A stretch of 64,000 nucleotides of DNA from the NCBI GenBank assembly GCA_977016875.1, contig CDRNST010000318.1:3224001-3288000 (forward strand), written 5' to 3'. Both the position numbers and the translations under genes were made by a program. Source of the stretch: Pavona decussata. Its lineage: Eukaryota. Position 1 is the stretch's first letter. Each line of letters starts with the position of its first letter. Below, piece after piece: positions 1-14,049 of this stretch. Below the pieces are notes generated by a model that made no database searches, had not been told where the DNA came from, and saw only the letters and a list, made by a program, of their open reading frames with translations.

Positions 1-1435
1 AACATACAATAGATTAATATGGCCTAATTGGTTTTCAGAAATAACAATGGATTGCTTATGTCTGGTCAACGCATATTTCGTAAGGTTTTAACCTTAAGTG
101 TACCTTTTACCAGAAATTGCCTGGAAATAACTTGTTTACTCGTTTCTGATACATTTTGGTGTAATTCCGCCGTGTTTCAGCTGAATTTGTACCCGTTAAT
201 TTTTACTATTGATTACTTAGATAACTACCTAGTGTTAAGACTTTTAATTTAAAGGCGATTGTTGAACGGAACACCTATTGTACCAGATCTGTTGTACCAG
301 GACGTACAATACTTTTAATTAAGGCTTCGATCTTGTAAACACGTTCCACTATAATTTATGGAAAGAACCGTGGGTTTAGTGAGTCCATTCCTTCTTGTTC
401 TACCTTTCACAACGGTTTTGTAACTTAGATTTCCAACCGTTTGATTGTTTTAATGTCGGGTATAAATCGATAGAAATGCTCTTTGTAATTTTCATATTGC
501 CTTCGTTGTATTATTTTGACGAAACACTTCGGAAGTGTTAGTGAAATTTTGCGAGGAAACAAATCTCGCCAGTGTTTCGTTTCGCCAAGCTTATTTGCAA
601 TACAGGTGCGCAAAATGTTCTGCGCAGCATATTACGTTAGATTTTATTACGTTTGAAGTCAGTTAGTTTGCCAGCAGCAAGCTGTCAGCTATCCGTCACT
701 ATAAATACTGCGTCGGCAAGACCGTTTTAGAGAGTTGCTGTAAGTCTTAAACAGCGTGAACAAATAAAAAAATCAAAAAGACTGAGGTAGAAGACTAAAC
801 GTTCCTTTCTTCCATAACATATCACAATAGGCTGATTTCACAGTTGCTTTGAATCTCAATATGAAAGCGAGGCTCTGTGTAAAGACAAAGCCTCGCTCTC
901 ATGATGAGGTTCAAGGGATCGAAAAACAACTCTTGGCCAATATCATCCGCGGCCCTATGGCAGGGACAAATGAGCTGAGTAATGCCCCACGAACTTATCT
1001 GCGTGATACTGCCAAAAGTTTTTTAAGTGGCAAAAAAGGTACGAAGAAGTAAGTTCTGCCCTCTACACCTCTTTCCTGTACGATCTTGCCACTGAAACGA
1101 AGCCGCAATTCTCTGTCCAAGGGTTGCCGCACTAATCTCGAACCCCAGGGACGGATGCCGGGAAAAATACTTCATTATTACTTTCTAATTCACTACGTTT
1201 AAACTACACCTGATTGTTATTGATTCGGATTCCGTTTCGTCTTTCAAAGTTAAACGGGAAAAAATAGATGTTAATTTAGATGTTATTATCTCTTAATTTA
1301 TTGTGGTGACCGCTGATCACATGTCAGAATTCGCTTCTGTACAGAAAGAGACGAAAAAGAGATACATAAGTAAAATCAACTGATGGTAAGATGCTCAGGC
1401 AATCCAACCCTGTGAGATTTTAGGAAAAACCTTAC

Positions 1436-1550
1436 CTCGAGAAAGCTGACAATCACTACCAGATTTATTTGTTCTGGAGCATTGCTGGAGCTACAAAGCT
1501 TTAACTCTTTCCTCATCCTCTCTGCAGTAGTCTTAGCTTTTTTAAGGATT
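1436..1550 (-). other. Possible isolated exon of an unidentified transcript
   Basis: Acceptor CATCCTTCACAG, donor GAG/GTAAGG, open frame ILKKAKTTAERMRKELKLC... No recognisable homology. Confidence 0.3.
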
Positions 1551-2127
1551 CTGTGAAGGATGCACAAATCCAGTAAAATCAACAAAAGCTTGCGAATGTC
1601 AGTAATTTATTTCGGAACACTTCCACTACACTGTCATAACCGAAGGAGAGGCTCGCTAGTGGAAAATGACAGAAAAACTTGTAAATATATATCGCTAGAA
1701 ATAACATGAAATCGGGAACAAAGAGAAAAGTACATGCTGAACACACCTTTCCGAATGTTTGTTACTGGGCAAGCGAAAAAACCTTGAGAACTTGAAAGTG
1801 GAACTGACAGCAACAACTAAAAACTAACAACTAAATCTTTACGCTTGCAAAAATGTAGTAGTCCTAATTAACCTCTTGGGAACACGAACTAACAATATGC
1901 GACTTAATGACAAAAAATGCATGCGAAAACAACAATACTTCAGGAAAAAAATGTCAAATGAAGGGTCTTTCTACTGGTACCGGAGAGCATTGTATTTGTA
2001 TTGTTGTTGTTGTTTTTTTGTTGTTACCTATTGTGGTTAGGTCTTGTTTGTTGTTTGTTTTGTATTCTGTCTTTCCGATTTGTTTTGTTTTACGTGAACT
2101 GTACTCCGGTTCCCACTTCTTATGAAC

Positions 2128-2303
2128 TAAACAGGAAATTCCGGGTTGCTGTGTACCTTATTATGAAAGCGAGGCTGTCCAAAGTTTTTCATATGAAAAT
2201 TAGTTTTGTTTGCATCTGAATGTAAACTAGTTTTCATAATAAAAACTTTGTACTTAGTCTCGCTTTCATAATGAGGTTTAAAGCAACTCGGAAATGACCT
2301 ATT
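2128..2303. mobile_element. Small palindromic MITE; shorter related copy at about 826-935
   Basis: Inverted ends TTCCGGGTTGC..TTATTATGAAAGCGAG / CTCGCTTTCATAATGAGG..GCAACTCGGAA. The same motifs (ATGAAAGCGAGGCT / CCTCGCTCTCATGATGAGG) occur at 861-910. Confidence 0.65.
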
Positions 2304-3500
2304 TACCACATGCGAGGAGAAAAAACATTTCTGGGGTGTGTGCACATTGTTGGAATTGACTTATGGACAAGGAATTTGTTATAATGATTCTGTGTAATCT
2401 TATTATATAATAATGGAAATTAAAAACGCATATGTAGCCTGCATAACTGATCGAGGCAAAGTTGCCGAGGGGAATAAGGACCACAATTCTGCTTGCTCTT
2501 CTGTTTTTTCCTAGCACTAACTTTGACTTGATCACCAATCGTTTACTTTTCGTTTTGCTTTCAGACTTAGGAATGCTTATTTTTACTTTTTAAAAGAAAT
2601 TGTAAACTTCTTTTAGCAAAACATTTTAATAGTAAATTTTATCTTAACCCCAAGCCTCGAGTTTCCACATAGCGTTTTATTGAGTGCAATGTTATCAACT
2701 TCCTTTCAATTAAAATTATATTTTTGTCACAGCATATTTAGCACGCACGCCGCAACATTACCCTTCCAGAAATGCTGATTTTAATTATCATGTATTAAAT
2801 AACGTCCGTGTATGTTTAGTCAGTAAAATGGAAACAAGTCCTCATCGCAGGTTGTCAATAATACCATTCAATTTCCGAGGGATTTCTGTTCTCTTTCCCC
2901 TGTGGAATCATAGTTAAGGTGAGATGACCCGCAATGACATGACTGTAAGAAAAATCCAAGGACTGCGAAAAGGCACAACCTGCGTAATTTCTGGTGGCAC
3001 TTTATCTAAACAACCGGCCATTTTCAATGTGATTTGACTGCGAGCTTCAAAATGAGAAGTTACGCGGCAGAGAATCAGCGCATGCGTTGTCGACACGACA
3101 GCTCCCTTACTGAGGGATCCCATTTCGACCCCACAACCTTCTTGTTTAAGGCAACATCTAGGGTCTGCGGGAATGAAAGGATGCATAGCATACAGTCTTC
3201 AGAACCATGGTAAAATTACAAGTGGAATCGCATGTCATAAACACAGTACAGTCTAAATCACCTGTGCACATTGTTCGTTACTGTATGTAAAAAAAAAAAA
3301 AAGGGGGTAAAATGAGTACTCCAAATGTTAGTATATAACTTAAGTTTTTATTGCTTTTATAAATCGAAAGAATTCTTTACATATACAGAGGAAGTAGCAT
3401 TGTCTTTAGCACGATAAACTGACATAAAAACAAATCGGCAGATCTATACAAGGACAAAAGAACTTGTGGAAGTTTGCGCATGGGAGGGGAGGCACAGGGA

Positions 3501-6500
3501 TCAATGCTCCATCTTCGTTTCACTTTCTTTCTCGGCCTCTGTGGTGCTTTCTTCTAATGGAGGAGACTTTTCTTTCTTTTCCTCCTCTACTGGCTTGGGT
3601 GAATTACTTTTGGCTGCAGAAAACAACACAGGTCATTGTAAAACATGCTTCTGTACATTTCCTACAGTATGCCTTACGTTTGGGTATGTAGTGATAATGG
3701 GAATCTGCCATAACTTATCAAACTGCTGGCAGCTAAGTCACTAATACTAGATCATTGTAATTCTCTTTAGAAGTTGCCACCAGAGTGATGATGTCATTGC
3801 AATTTAGGAATTTCTTATTTACTTCCGGTCATAATGCGCAGGTCACAATTGTCATGGTAACCAATCATTCACACCATGCTCTCCGGTTCTTTGTATCTTG
3901 TCTTCAGAGTGTAAAGTTAAAAGCAGTGTTTTTCCATAAACTGCAGCTCTCTGTTCATCACATCTGTTCCTCCTAGGAACACCGTCACAACCGGTATATT
4001 TGCCTGAAGTTAGGCAATGGCAGATAAAGACTTCCTCTTTAAATTAAGTAATTTCCCATCCACACCTCGTGCAAATGAAACATTGAAAATGACCATAATT
4101 CACTAACAAACAAACAAACAAACAAACAAACCTGAGCTTGTAGTAGCAGGGTTTTCTGTGTTTGAGGAAGCGTCACTAAATAATAAAAAACCCACACAGT
4201 TAAGCCACAAGTTCACTTCAAAACTACTCACACTGCTTGTCTGTTCACAGCTGTAGTTATTTTCTAAGTAGTAAGTAAATATAGTGGAGCCAATAATATT
4301 ACCCCCTATATTTGTGTAAATCTACTGCAGTTCTTACTTCGCTTAAAAGATCGATGATCTTGGAGAAAATAAAAGGTCTGTTAAGATGCCATACTTCAAA
4401 GTGCAACAACCTGTAGCCGTTATCCAACATAAGAATCTAGACAGTTATGTTAAATAAAAGAAGAAATGCATGCAATCAATGTCTATTTTTCAATTTTATA
4501 TGGAAAAAAAATAAGGCTAACTTTTATTGGACACTAATCTATGTAACAGAAGCACATGTTCAGTATGGGTACTTTGCTTTTCAATGGCTCCAGAAAAGGG
4601 AAAAGGAAATAGCTTGATGATCATCTTATAACAGGCTATACATGCAATGCATTTATGATACCAGCTGCCTAAATTCAGACATAGTCAAACTCTCCCATGA
4701 TAAACTAAAGGGAACATGTGCTAAGAAGTATGGAGAATCTGCCAGCTGATACATACCCTTCAGTGTTTGTAGGAGCCTCGGACTCTTGCACTTCCATGGC
4801 TTCATCTTTATCAGTTTCCCCTGAAGGCAAACTTTCTGTTGTCTCTGGACTATGAACAAAAATAAAGAAATAAAACTATTGACTTGTTGGGTACTTTGTA
4901 AATTTATCCTGAAAATGCCCTAGCAGACAGACCAATTAACTCACTTGGTTTGACTGCTGAGTTAAGCCATCATATACTTGCGTCACTAGTCTGCTTTGCT
5001 TTGTTCATTGTCACGCTGTGAACATAATGACTGTCATGATCTACCCAACTTGATAAAGCACTGTAGTTTACCTTTTTCTGTTTGTTTCCTGTTCAGGGGT
5101 GGGTTCTGTTGACATCTCTGCTGTGGTACTGGCCACAGTTTGTGGGGACCCCTCCTTAGGAGTGTTATTTGAGCTCTTTGGTTTGTCTTTGTCCTCCACA
5201 GGGGACGTGCTGGGTTTTGAAGACAAGATGTCATTTGACAAGCTTGAAGACTTTGTGTCCTCATTAACAGAATTTTCAACGCCATTTGTCACCATCTTTT
5301 CAACAGGAGTCCCTGCTCCTTTTCTTCTCTTGCGTTTGACTTCCTTTGCCAGTTGAATATCTCTTCTGTTGTCTCCTTCATCTTCTGAGTCTGAGTATTC
5401 TTCAGGGTTTGCAATATGCTTGTCTGATGAACGAACTGCAACGTAAAAGTATTTATCACACCACTGCAGGAGTAGACTGAGGGCAAAGAAAGGGATGATT
5501 CAAAGGGATTTCTCTTCTTGAACTTTTATTTTGCCACACAAAAGAAATTACAACATGGGACATTCAATTATGTATACTAAAATATAAAGAAAAAGTGGTG
5601 AATTGACCTAAAAGAAGCTAAAACACTTATATGTCATTAGGTCTCCTCAAACTAAACTCACATGACGCCGAGATAATCGCATGACGTAAAGTTGATAGCA
5701 ATAAAACAAACTAACTGGTACGCTGGAAAACTTAATATTATTCACAGTCATTAATGATTTTAGTCTTAAAATAGCAAATAGAACTTAACTATTTCAGATA
5801 GCTGTGTAAAATGCTCATTCTTCTTTTTAAAAATTATAGTGACAATACCAAGATTTTGCAAACATGTTTGCTGGTTAGGATAGATGATCACAATTTGACC
5901 AAACCATAACCATGAATTGAAGCCCACCACATTGTGTTTAAATGATCTGGTTGGAAATAACATTAGTTCAGAAAATGTTGTGCCTGGTACATCAAAAAAT
6001 ATCTTCCAATAAAATATTGATTATATTGTTTTCTTATTCATTTAATGCATCAATAATTATCGTAAGGACATTGTTTCTGAAATATCTTCAGCGAGTCTCA
6101 AGGCCTTACTAGTGATCCTTTTGTCAGATGTAATGTGCATGTCTTCATCTTCATTGTCACTTTCTTCCAGTACAGGGGCATCATCAGGAATTGCTGAGGA
6201 AATAGTATGATGTTTAGTGTTAGAGAATCACCAGTAAAGCATAAGAGAATCAGAAACTGTTGTGGCAACAAAAGCCTTATGTAATAACAACAACAACAAC
6301 AACAATCTGAACAATAACAATTTCCAAACACTGTGAAATGGATTGAAAACCGAGGCACAGACCACTATTTTTAACCAACTTCAAGGTGTTTAGAGATCAC
6401 ATATAACATTCTTTTGAATGTTAAAATATAGCCTCTCAAACCATTAATAATAATTCTTAGACAAGTTCAAAGCAAAAATTCACCAAACTTTATGATAATT

Positions 6501-9500
6501 AAGATCACATTTTTAAACCAAAAAACAATCAATCACACCATTAAATGGTGGAAAAAATCACTCACTGCCTTTTTCTGCCTTGAAAAAAAAAAGCTCTCAC
6601 TTCCCTCCTACAAAAGGCCTCTACCCACCTCCCAAAAGTATCAGTAGTAACTTATTGAGGTTTAGAGCGGTTTTCGATTGAGTGTCAAAAATAATTTCGC
6701 ATTTGCTTTGGTTTTGCATTACTACGCTCTGTGATTGGTTAACAAAACTCATGCCACTTTCTCAACCAATGAGAAGCAAAACCAAAACCAATCATGTTTT
6801 GGCCGCATGCGTTTTCCCGCGCTTGGCGCCAGTTACATGTATTTGTTTTGAATTCTGATTGGCTCATTGTGTTGTTTACATCTGTTACGATTGGCCAGAG
6901 TAATTACTTTGGTTTTGGTTGTACAGCACTCAATTGGAAACTGGTCTATACAAAGCTGTATGTTGTATTCACTTACGGTGCATCTGAACTCCAGGTGCAT
7001 GAGGCAACATGCGAAGGTTCTCAAACAGTCTTTGCCTGCAAATGAAAGTAAATGAAACATCTTTAGCAAAAATGAAAATGGCAGGCTAAAGTAGTTAACT
7101 TTAAAACAGGGAAAGAAATAAATGCAATGAGTAAAAGGCAAACAAATAACCTTCTTTTCTTACTTGATCTTTTCCAGGTATTCATTTGTGTTTTGGTTGG
7201 CCATGTTTGAGGGACTGATGTGAAGTTTGAAGTCTGGGCCAAAGTACTCAAAGTAGTCATTGTAGGGAAGTTCTGGACAAATAACGGAATACAAACTTAC
7301 TCATCACAACACTATAGATAAGCCATCTACAGGCCCTGGGGGAGGGAGGGTTACTCATTGTTTTTTAGAGTGGGAGTGTGTAGCAGAGACTCTGAAACCC
7401 TTCCACCATACCAGACCATGTTTAGCCGCATTTTCCCACCCTACTCTACACTTGACATCCCTACCCTGTCAAAGACTCAAGTCTTTTATTCCTGGGGACC
7501 TGTTCCAGACTAAATTTTCTCAATGATACCCTATTCTACACCAAACCTCTCTGATTTTAACATACCCCTCACAACAGCACATAATACAGTACCCCCCCCC
7601 ATCACCATTCAACACAGATTCTCTAAAACCCCTAATACTTGCTAGAAATGCATGTCACAAAATTAGAGCTTCATTAATCTGCTTGTTTATTAAGCTATAA
7701 ACACCATGTTGTTATAACATTCATTTTGTACTTTTTCAGTTTCTTTTATCTGACCCACAATATATTTCTATTTAAAGCTGGTATATTGGCATACCATTTG
7801 CAATATCTGAGTCCAGTGCTACTGCCGTCTCAAATGTCCAGCATCTTGCCACATTCCTGATGGTGTACCCACCGCCTCCGAGAACAAGGAGTGGCAGATT
7901 GAACTTCTTGACAAAATTAACACACTGTGCATGGCCTGCAACACAATTATTAAGATTAAATGCAATTATTCATAATACCAACCAAACCATGGTGACAAAA
8001 AATTTGAAGAAATAATATTTTTTTACCAAGAGTTCCAAATCATTTGAATGGGGTACAAGCGATTTTTTTTCACGAAAAAAAGATACCATTAAAAAAATAA
8101 ATAAAATAAAAGAAGGATGAATACTCTGATTTATGACTTAGTTTGCCATCGTTCAAGAACATTTTGGGATACTAGCTAGCAGCTCAATGGGGTCCAAAGA
8201 GATAATTACCATAGAAAAGAGGTGAAAACATTACAAAAAAGTACCTAATTAAACACTACCTTTAAGAGACAGATTAAAACAGCCAAGTCTATCGCCTGCA
8301 AGAGAGTCTGCTCCACATTGTAGCACAACAGCATTTGGCTTGTACACCTCCATTACCTTGGAAACAACCTGACAAAGAAAATCGTCATGTTTGTATGGGT
8401 AATCAAATGATGACGAGTGAAATAATTATTAAATTATGTTTTGTCAAAATACTAATAATTTCCTGAGCCTTTAGGCAAGGGAAATTCAGAGTATTTTTTA
8501 GAGTATTTTAATTTATTTTACCACAAAATAAAGTAAAGAACAAAAAACAAATACATGTTTACATAAAAGAAAGAAATTATTTGACAAAACGCAAGTGAAA
8601 TTATTTCCTAATTTCACAAGTACATACCATTTGATTCTGTTTTAATATTATGGATGACAAATTACACTCACAATAATATTATTGTGAGTTTTTGGTCTTA
8701 TAGGAAACATTGCCATAGCAATTTTGTAATTTCACATGTGAAATTATAAATTAATGCTGAAATTTTGCGCCAAAATTAAGGAGTAATTTGTCACCCATTG
8801 TATTATGTGTGATAGACATTGGTACCAGATACGTTACTTTTTACAAAGGAACTTCTTAAAATAAGAGTGAAAAAATGTTTAATTTTTAATTTGTCCTTAC
8901 AGGATTGAAGATTTGCTCATAAGATTCATCATCAATTCCATCTCTGAGAGGAAAATTCACTGCATAATACTTTCCTTTTCCAGCTCCAATGTCCTGTCAA
9001 CATAGAAGTAGAAGCAAAATGTCAGTAAATAAAGCCTTTCAATAATGCAGTCAAAATATGAGTTGGACAATGTGCTACTAGTGTTTTAGTCTGTGGATAA
9101 ATATTCAAATGAAATAAAGTATTCAGGGCTAGGCTAAGCAATAAACAAGGGAGTCTTGCCACAATGAGTGACTTGACTGTTAGTCAAACCAACATGAACA
9201 CAACATAAGCTCTGAGGCAACTATGAATGACATCACAATTTTCTGGCAGACTGGTGTCAGGTTTTTTTTTGTGGTTGACATATTTCTTCTTTCCCTTGCT
9301 GGTAACTTGTCCTTAAAGTTACTAATCATGTAATTTTACACGCATATTTGCATGACAAGCCTACCCTGAGATCGCCTGTACCAGGGAAATATTCTCCGTA
9401 TTTATGAAATGATACTGTCATGACACGGTCTGTGGTGTAAAATGCCTCCTCAACACCATCGCCATGGTGAATGTCAATATCAATGTACAACACACGTTGA

Positions 9501-12113
9501 TGGTACCTGAAAAATTAAGATAGGATAGTAAACAATGTGCTCTCACAACTCCTTTTACATGGTTGTTAGTATTAAACTTGTAACTTGCTATTATGAAGGA
9601 CAGCTAAGGTGAAGATGGTTGGAAAAGAGGTTTTAAATAATTACATGAAACCTTTTAATCCCAAATATCAAGGAACAAATATACTTTCGTATAAAAGTAC
9701 TGGGGAGAAGTTACTAAAATATCAAGAAAATTCACCTTCTGTGAGTATATCCTTAATATCTCCCTGACAGTCTATATGTAACCATGCTTCTAGCCTCAGG
9801 TTACTGGGAGACTGGGAAGATATTTTATAAGAAGATATTTCTTTCTTGAAGTAACCTCAGTCCATAAAAACAAATACATACACATAAGTCACCATATGTT
9901 GCACTTACTTCAGCAATTCTAGAATGGCCAAAACAATGTCATTGACATAACAAAATCCTGATGCTTCAGATTTCTTTGCATGATGAAGGCCACCTGCCCA
10001 GTTGATTGCAACATCTGTTTGTTGTTTGTTGAGTTTAACTGCCCCAGCTGCAAACGGAGAAGACAAAACAATTAGACACTAGTAACACAAACATAAACAA
10101 AGACTCGGGCGACAGCACAGGGTGAAGTATGAGTTACACTAGCAGAAACACTCACCAATAGAGCCACCAGTGGACAGCTGGCAAAACTCAAACAGGCCAT
10201 CAAACACTGGACAGTCCTCTCCAACATTGACTAATAACAACAAAAAATAGCAGGATAAACATCAGATTACTCGTCCTGCACTGGCAATATCACAATGACA
10301 ATAATGAGAAAAAGCAACATATCTTGGAAAACAAGTTGAAAACAAGTTTCTCAATGATTAATATGGCAAACAGTGAATAGTCTTTTTTGCCCAGTAAAGC
10401 AGTTTTCAATGGAGTGTCCAATGTAATTTCCTGTTTGCTTTGGTTTTGCTTTTTTTAATACTATGTTCTGTGATTAGTTGACAAAATTCATGCCACTTTC
10501 TCAACCAATCAGAAGCAAAACCAAAACCAATCATGACTTACTCACACATGTTTTCCTGCACTTGGAAAGAGCAACATATATTTGCTTTAAATTCAGATTG
10601 GTTCATTTTGCTGTTTGCATCTGTTGTGATTGGTCCGATCTTACTTTGGTTTTGGTTGTGCGACACTCAATGGAAACCCATTGGGCAGTTTTCAATAGAA
10701 AAACTACATCGCGTAAACTATAAATACAGCCTATGTTAGAGTTTTGCAAGCAGCAAATGGAACAGGCAACACAAAAAGCCAGCTTAATAAAATTATTATA
10801 ATTTCCTGTTCAAAAATCAGTAAGCTAAGAATTCCCACCATTTCTCTTAAAATCTGAAAAGGAGCAGGTATATTCCTGTCTATGGCAGAATAAAAAACAA
10901 AGTTAAAATGTATACCCCTGCTTTTCCCAGCCACGTGCTAGGGTTGGCTTTTACCACTTAAAACACACATGGTGCATGATGCTGTTTTGATCTGGTTATC
11001 AGATCAGAATTTGACTACATCTTTCAAATTTAATGTAATTTGGCCAACAAGCACTGGGTAATGTTGGATCATGAGCAATATTCAGTTTTTAAATAAAAAA
11101 GACCAATCAGAAAAAAATCATGAGTGATTACTCTGTCAAAGTCATGTGACACTGGTTTGAAACCAGGTGTCTTATCGTAAGTCAGTAAAATATGATCATC
11201 CGGGTGGGTTGGGGATGCATGGCAATCTTGCCTAGGTTCAGTCCTGAATAGGATTGTTGTCAAAACATCAGTCATTGTCACAAACAACTCTGAACTCAGC
11301 TGGGTGATCATATTCTACCGACTTGTAAGTCAAAGGGGATTTAAATAAGCAAAACCCTTCATTATAAAAATCTAAAAATGCTACAATAATTTTCTCTTTC
11401 AACTAACATAGTCATCTAATATAAAAAGTCATCTAAAGTGCCTATCTAAAACGATCGTCAAGACATCACTTACGTTCAGCAAAAAGATATTGGGAAAATA
11501 TAAGTGGGAAAACACATGCTGACCTAAGCGTTGTTTTCTACTCACATCTTTGCATTTGCTTTGTATACTCGGACATATTATCAGGTCTTATGGTCTTCAG
11601 GAATTTGATGTAATCATCTGAGTGGTATTTAGTCATCTCATCCAAGTTTGCTTTGTGTGGGCGCTAAATATATATTGAACAAACGTGAAAAGGATAAACG
11701 AATGACAAAATTCATTTCATTGAAACGAACGAAAAAGTGACATGTACATTCTTGTCTCTATCGCTTCTCTCGAAAAGAAAATCAAGGCAATATACTTACA
11801 TAGATCTCCATCTTTCTGTACAGGCCATAGTTCAAAAGTAAGTTGTGGGTCATTCGAATACGATGCGGCTTCATCGGATGCCCTTGGCCATAGTAGTAGT
11901 TACCGATGTCACCTTTGTTCGGAACACGAAAAAAGATGTGTGGAACACGAGACAAAATTAGTGAACTTGAACAACAAAATAAGCTTCCAAACTTCACCAA
12001 ACTAGTCTTAAGTAACTTATCTACAAGCAGTTATAATATTGAACGCCATTTTAACGTTTACCATCGTAATAGTAGCAAACTCTTTTCTTTCCGCCGGGAG
12101 TTGTGTACGCCAT
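3501..12113 (-). CDS. HDAC1: Class I histone deacetylase 1/2 (Rpd3-like), about 615 aa, 16 coding exons
   Basis: GT-AG exons in consistent phase: 12062-12113, 11800-11912, 11546-11663, 10156-10230, 9909-10047, 9365-9506, 8901-8993, 8260-8368, 7795-7935, 7164-7272, 6977-7035, 6110-6193, 5072-5435, 4757-4849, 4132-4175, 3501-3613 (sum 1848 nt). Motifs: [116 protein letters not shown] on minus near 3347-3352. The last 3 exons are less certain. Confidence 0.95.
4106..4130. repeat. (CAAA)n microsatellite at an HDAC donor site
   Basis: About 6 tandem CAAA units immediately after exon 4132-4175. Confidence 0.85.
6663..6948. mobile_element. MITE (about 285 bp) in HDAC intron
   Basis: Imperfect terminal inverted repeats TAGAGCGGTTTTCGATTGAGTG / CACTCAATTGGAAACTGGTCTA. 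Second diverged copy at 10395-10682. Confidence 0.8.
10395..10682. mobile_element. Second copy of the same MITE family
   Basis: Colinear with 6663-6948 (shared ATGCCACTTTCTCAACCAAT..AGAAGCAAAACCAAAACCAATCATG, TTACTTTGGTTTTGGTTGT). Confidence 0.8.
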
Positions 12114-14049
12114 GCCGGTGATTATTCTCTGCTTCCTCGGCGCGACTTTGAAACACAGAGATCAGTCACGTGATATCTTTCAGCCAATCGGTAGTAGAAT
12201 TTTCCTTCAAATTATTATTGTTCATTATTTCTCAATACGGCTTTCAGCCATTGAGCCATTAATGGATTAGAATGATTACCGCAGCAGTGAGTCCCAGCTT
12301 CCCTCTCTGACTTGCAAGGTTTCCGAATTTTTCACTGTTCCCCGCAGAAGTCGAAATCAACTTTGCATCTATGCTCCTGATAGTACGTTAATAAAATCGT
12401 TTGAAAAGCAAGCTCTGATTTCATTTCCTTCAGTTATTATTTTCATTTATACCAAATGCAAGGCTGATTGGTTTTTACGTTTTATTCAACATTGTTGATC
12501 CTGATCTGCACAAAGATCCGGCCTCACTTTGCTACTGCTTGCACTAGTGGTCCTTGTATTATTCAAGAATTATTATTAATACCGGGCTGTTTATACCTTT
12601 TAGATGGGTTTTGGGAACGAATATTGGATGAAAATTTTTTTTCTTGTAAACTGCTGTTGTACGCTGTTCGGCTCTATCAAGAGAGGATAAAGGTACCTTC
12701 ATCCTCTCTTGGTTCTATTGAACTGAATATTGTTTTTCCGTCGCGGGAATTAAAATCAAAGCACCACAGCTAGCTGTATATTAAAGTCCATTTTAATGTA
12801 GTTTTTTTTTTAATAGAGGAAATTTTTTCCATATTCTTTGCGGTTTTCTTCAAAGAAAAATGAAGTTTAATATTTAGGTGGCGAAAATCCGTCCGATTTC
12901 CTTCCTGTGTGGGGATCAACAAGCAAGCTGCAACTAGACTGTAATCTGTGTATGACAGTGTCAAGTTTTGTGACTTACCTGACTAGACTATATAAGGAAT
13001 AAAAGCGGATGTCGGACATTTCCAAAATCATAAGCTGAGTTTCATGAGAAAAGCGTGTTTTACTCTAGCCTAACGGAAGTAGCCGGGGTGGGGGTGGGGG
13101 GTTGAAATCCGCAGGTGGTATGTTCCTTCATTTAACCCTTTGTAACAGGCGCCAAAAGGAGGCAGGAGATCAGAGCGATTGTGAAGCTTGATCGAGGGCT
13201 GAGGAAGGGGAGCCTGCGGCGAACCAGTTTTCTACCCTTGACTCCTCTCGCGTTCTGCGCTCGCAATTCCCCTTATTTCACTCCCTTTCAGAGCCCGCTA
13301 GGCAAGGACACGTTTTTCTCTTCATGATCAGTTTATAATATTCTGCTTGTGATTTATGGGGAGTTGCCCTTCCTTCCCGCCTTTACAGGGCTCAATAGAG
13401 AACGAAGAAAGCATGATTCCAAAACCGGCGGAAGGCGGAAAATGGGAAAAGATTTTGAAACATTGCGTGATAATATACAAAAGAAAAAGCGCAAATGGGC
13501 GACACAGGTTAGGAACCGGAAGTAAACTTTGCCTTCTTAAACTTTGTAACCCGGTCTCTGATTCTCAATCTGTAAACTTTTCTTATTTTCGTCTTCTTTT
13601 GTAAACACATCAGTTGTAATTCATTTTTTATGCGATAATGTGTGAATTTAAATAAACACAATTTCATAGGACCCCGAAAAGTTCCGGCGCCATTTTGTAT
13701 TCCTCCTTCGCGTAATATATCTGAACGCAAAGAGCAGGCTTGTTATTTCTCAGCGACATCATCGGCTAAACCATTAGAATTAAAAGCCTGGCCAAATAAA
13801 TGAAATTTTCCTGTCAATGCCAACAATTTTCTTTTATTTTATTGTTAATTTAAAGCGTAAGAGAAACGAAAGCAATAGAGCTTATTAGGTCAAAGGATTA
13901 AAGTTGCTAAAACTATTAATAAAGGAGTCAGAACTGATTCTTGTGTGCACGCGGTTAAGGGAAGGTTTATTTTTTCACAAAACGGGATTTAAGTTTGAAC
14001 TAAATGTTTCTCCATCCTACTCTTATGCATCGTTGTATTAAGTCAGTTT

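Noticed and set aside
5960-6075. IIIDALNE resembling a NACHT Walker B remnant in an HDAC intron
   Set aside because: Single short motif with adjacent stops; no supporting Walker A or other homology.
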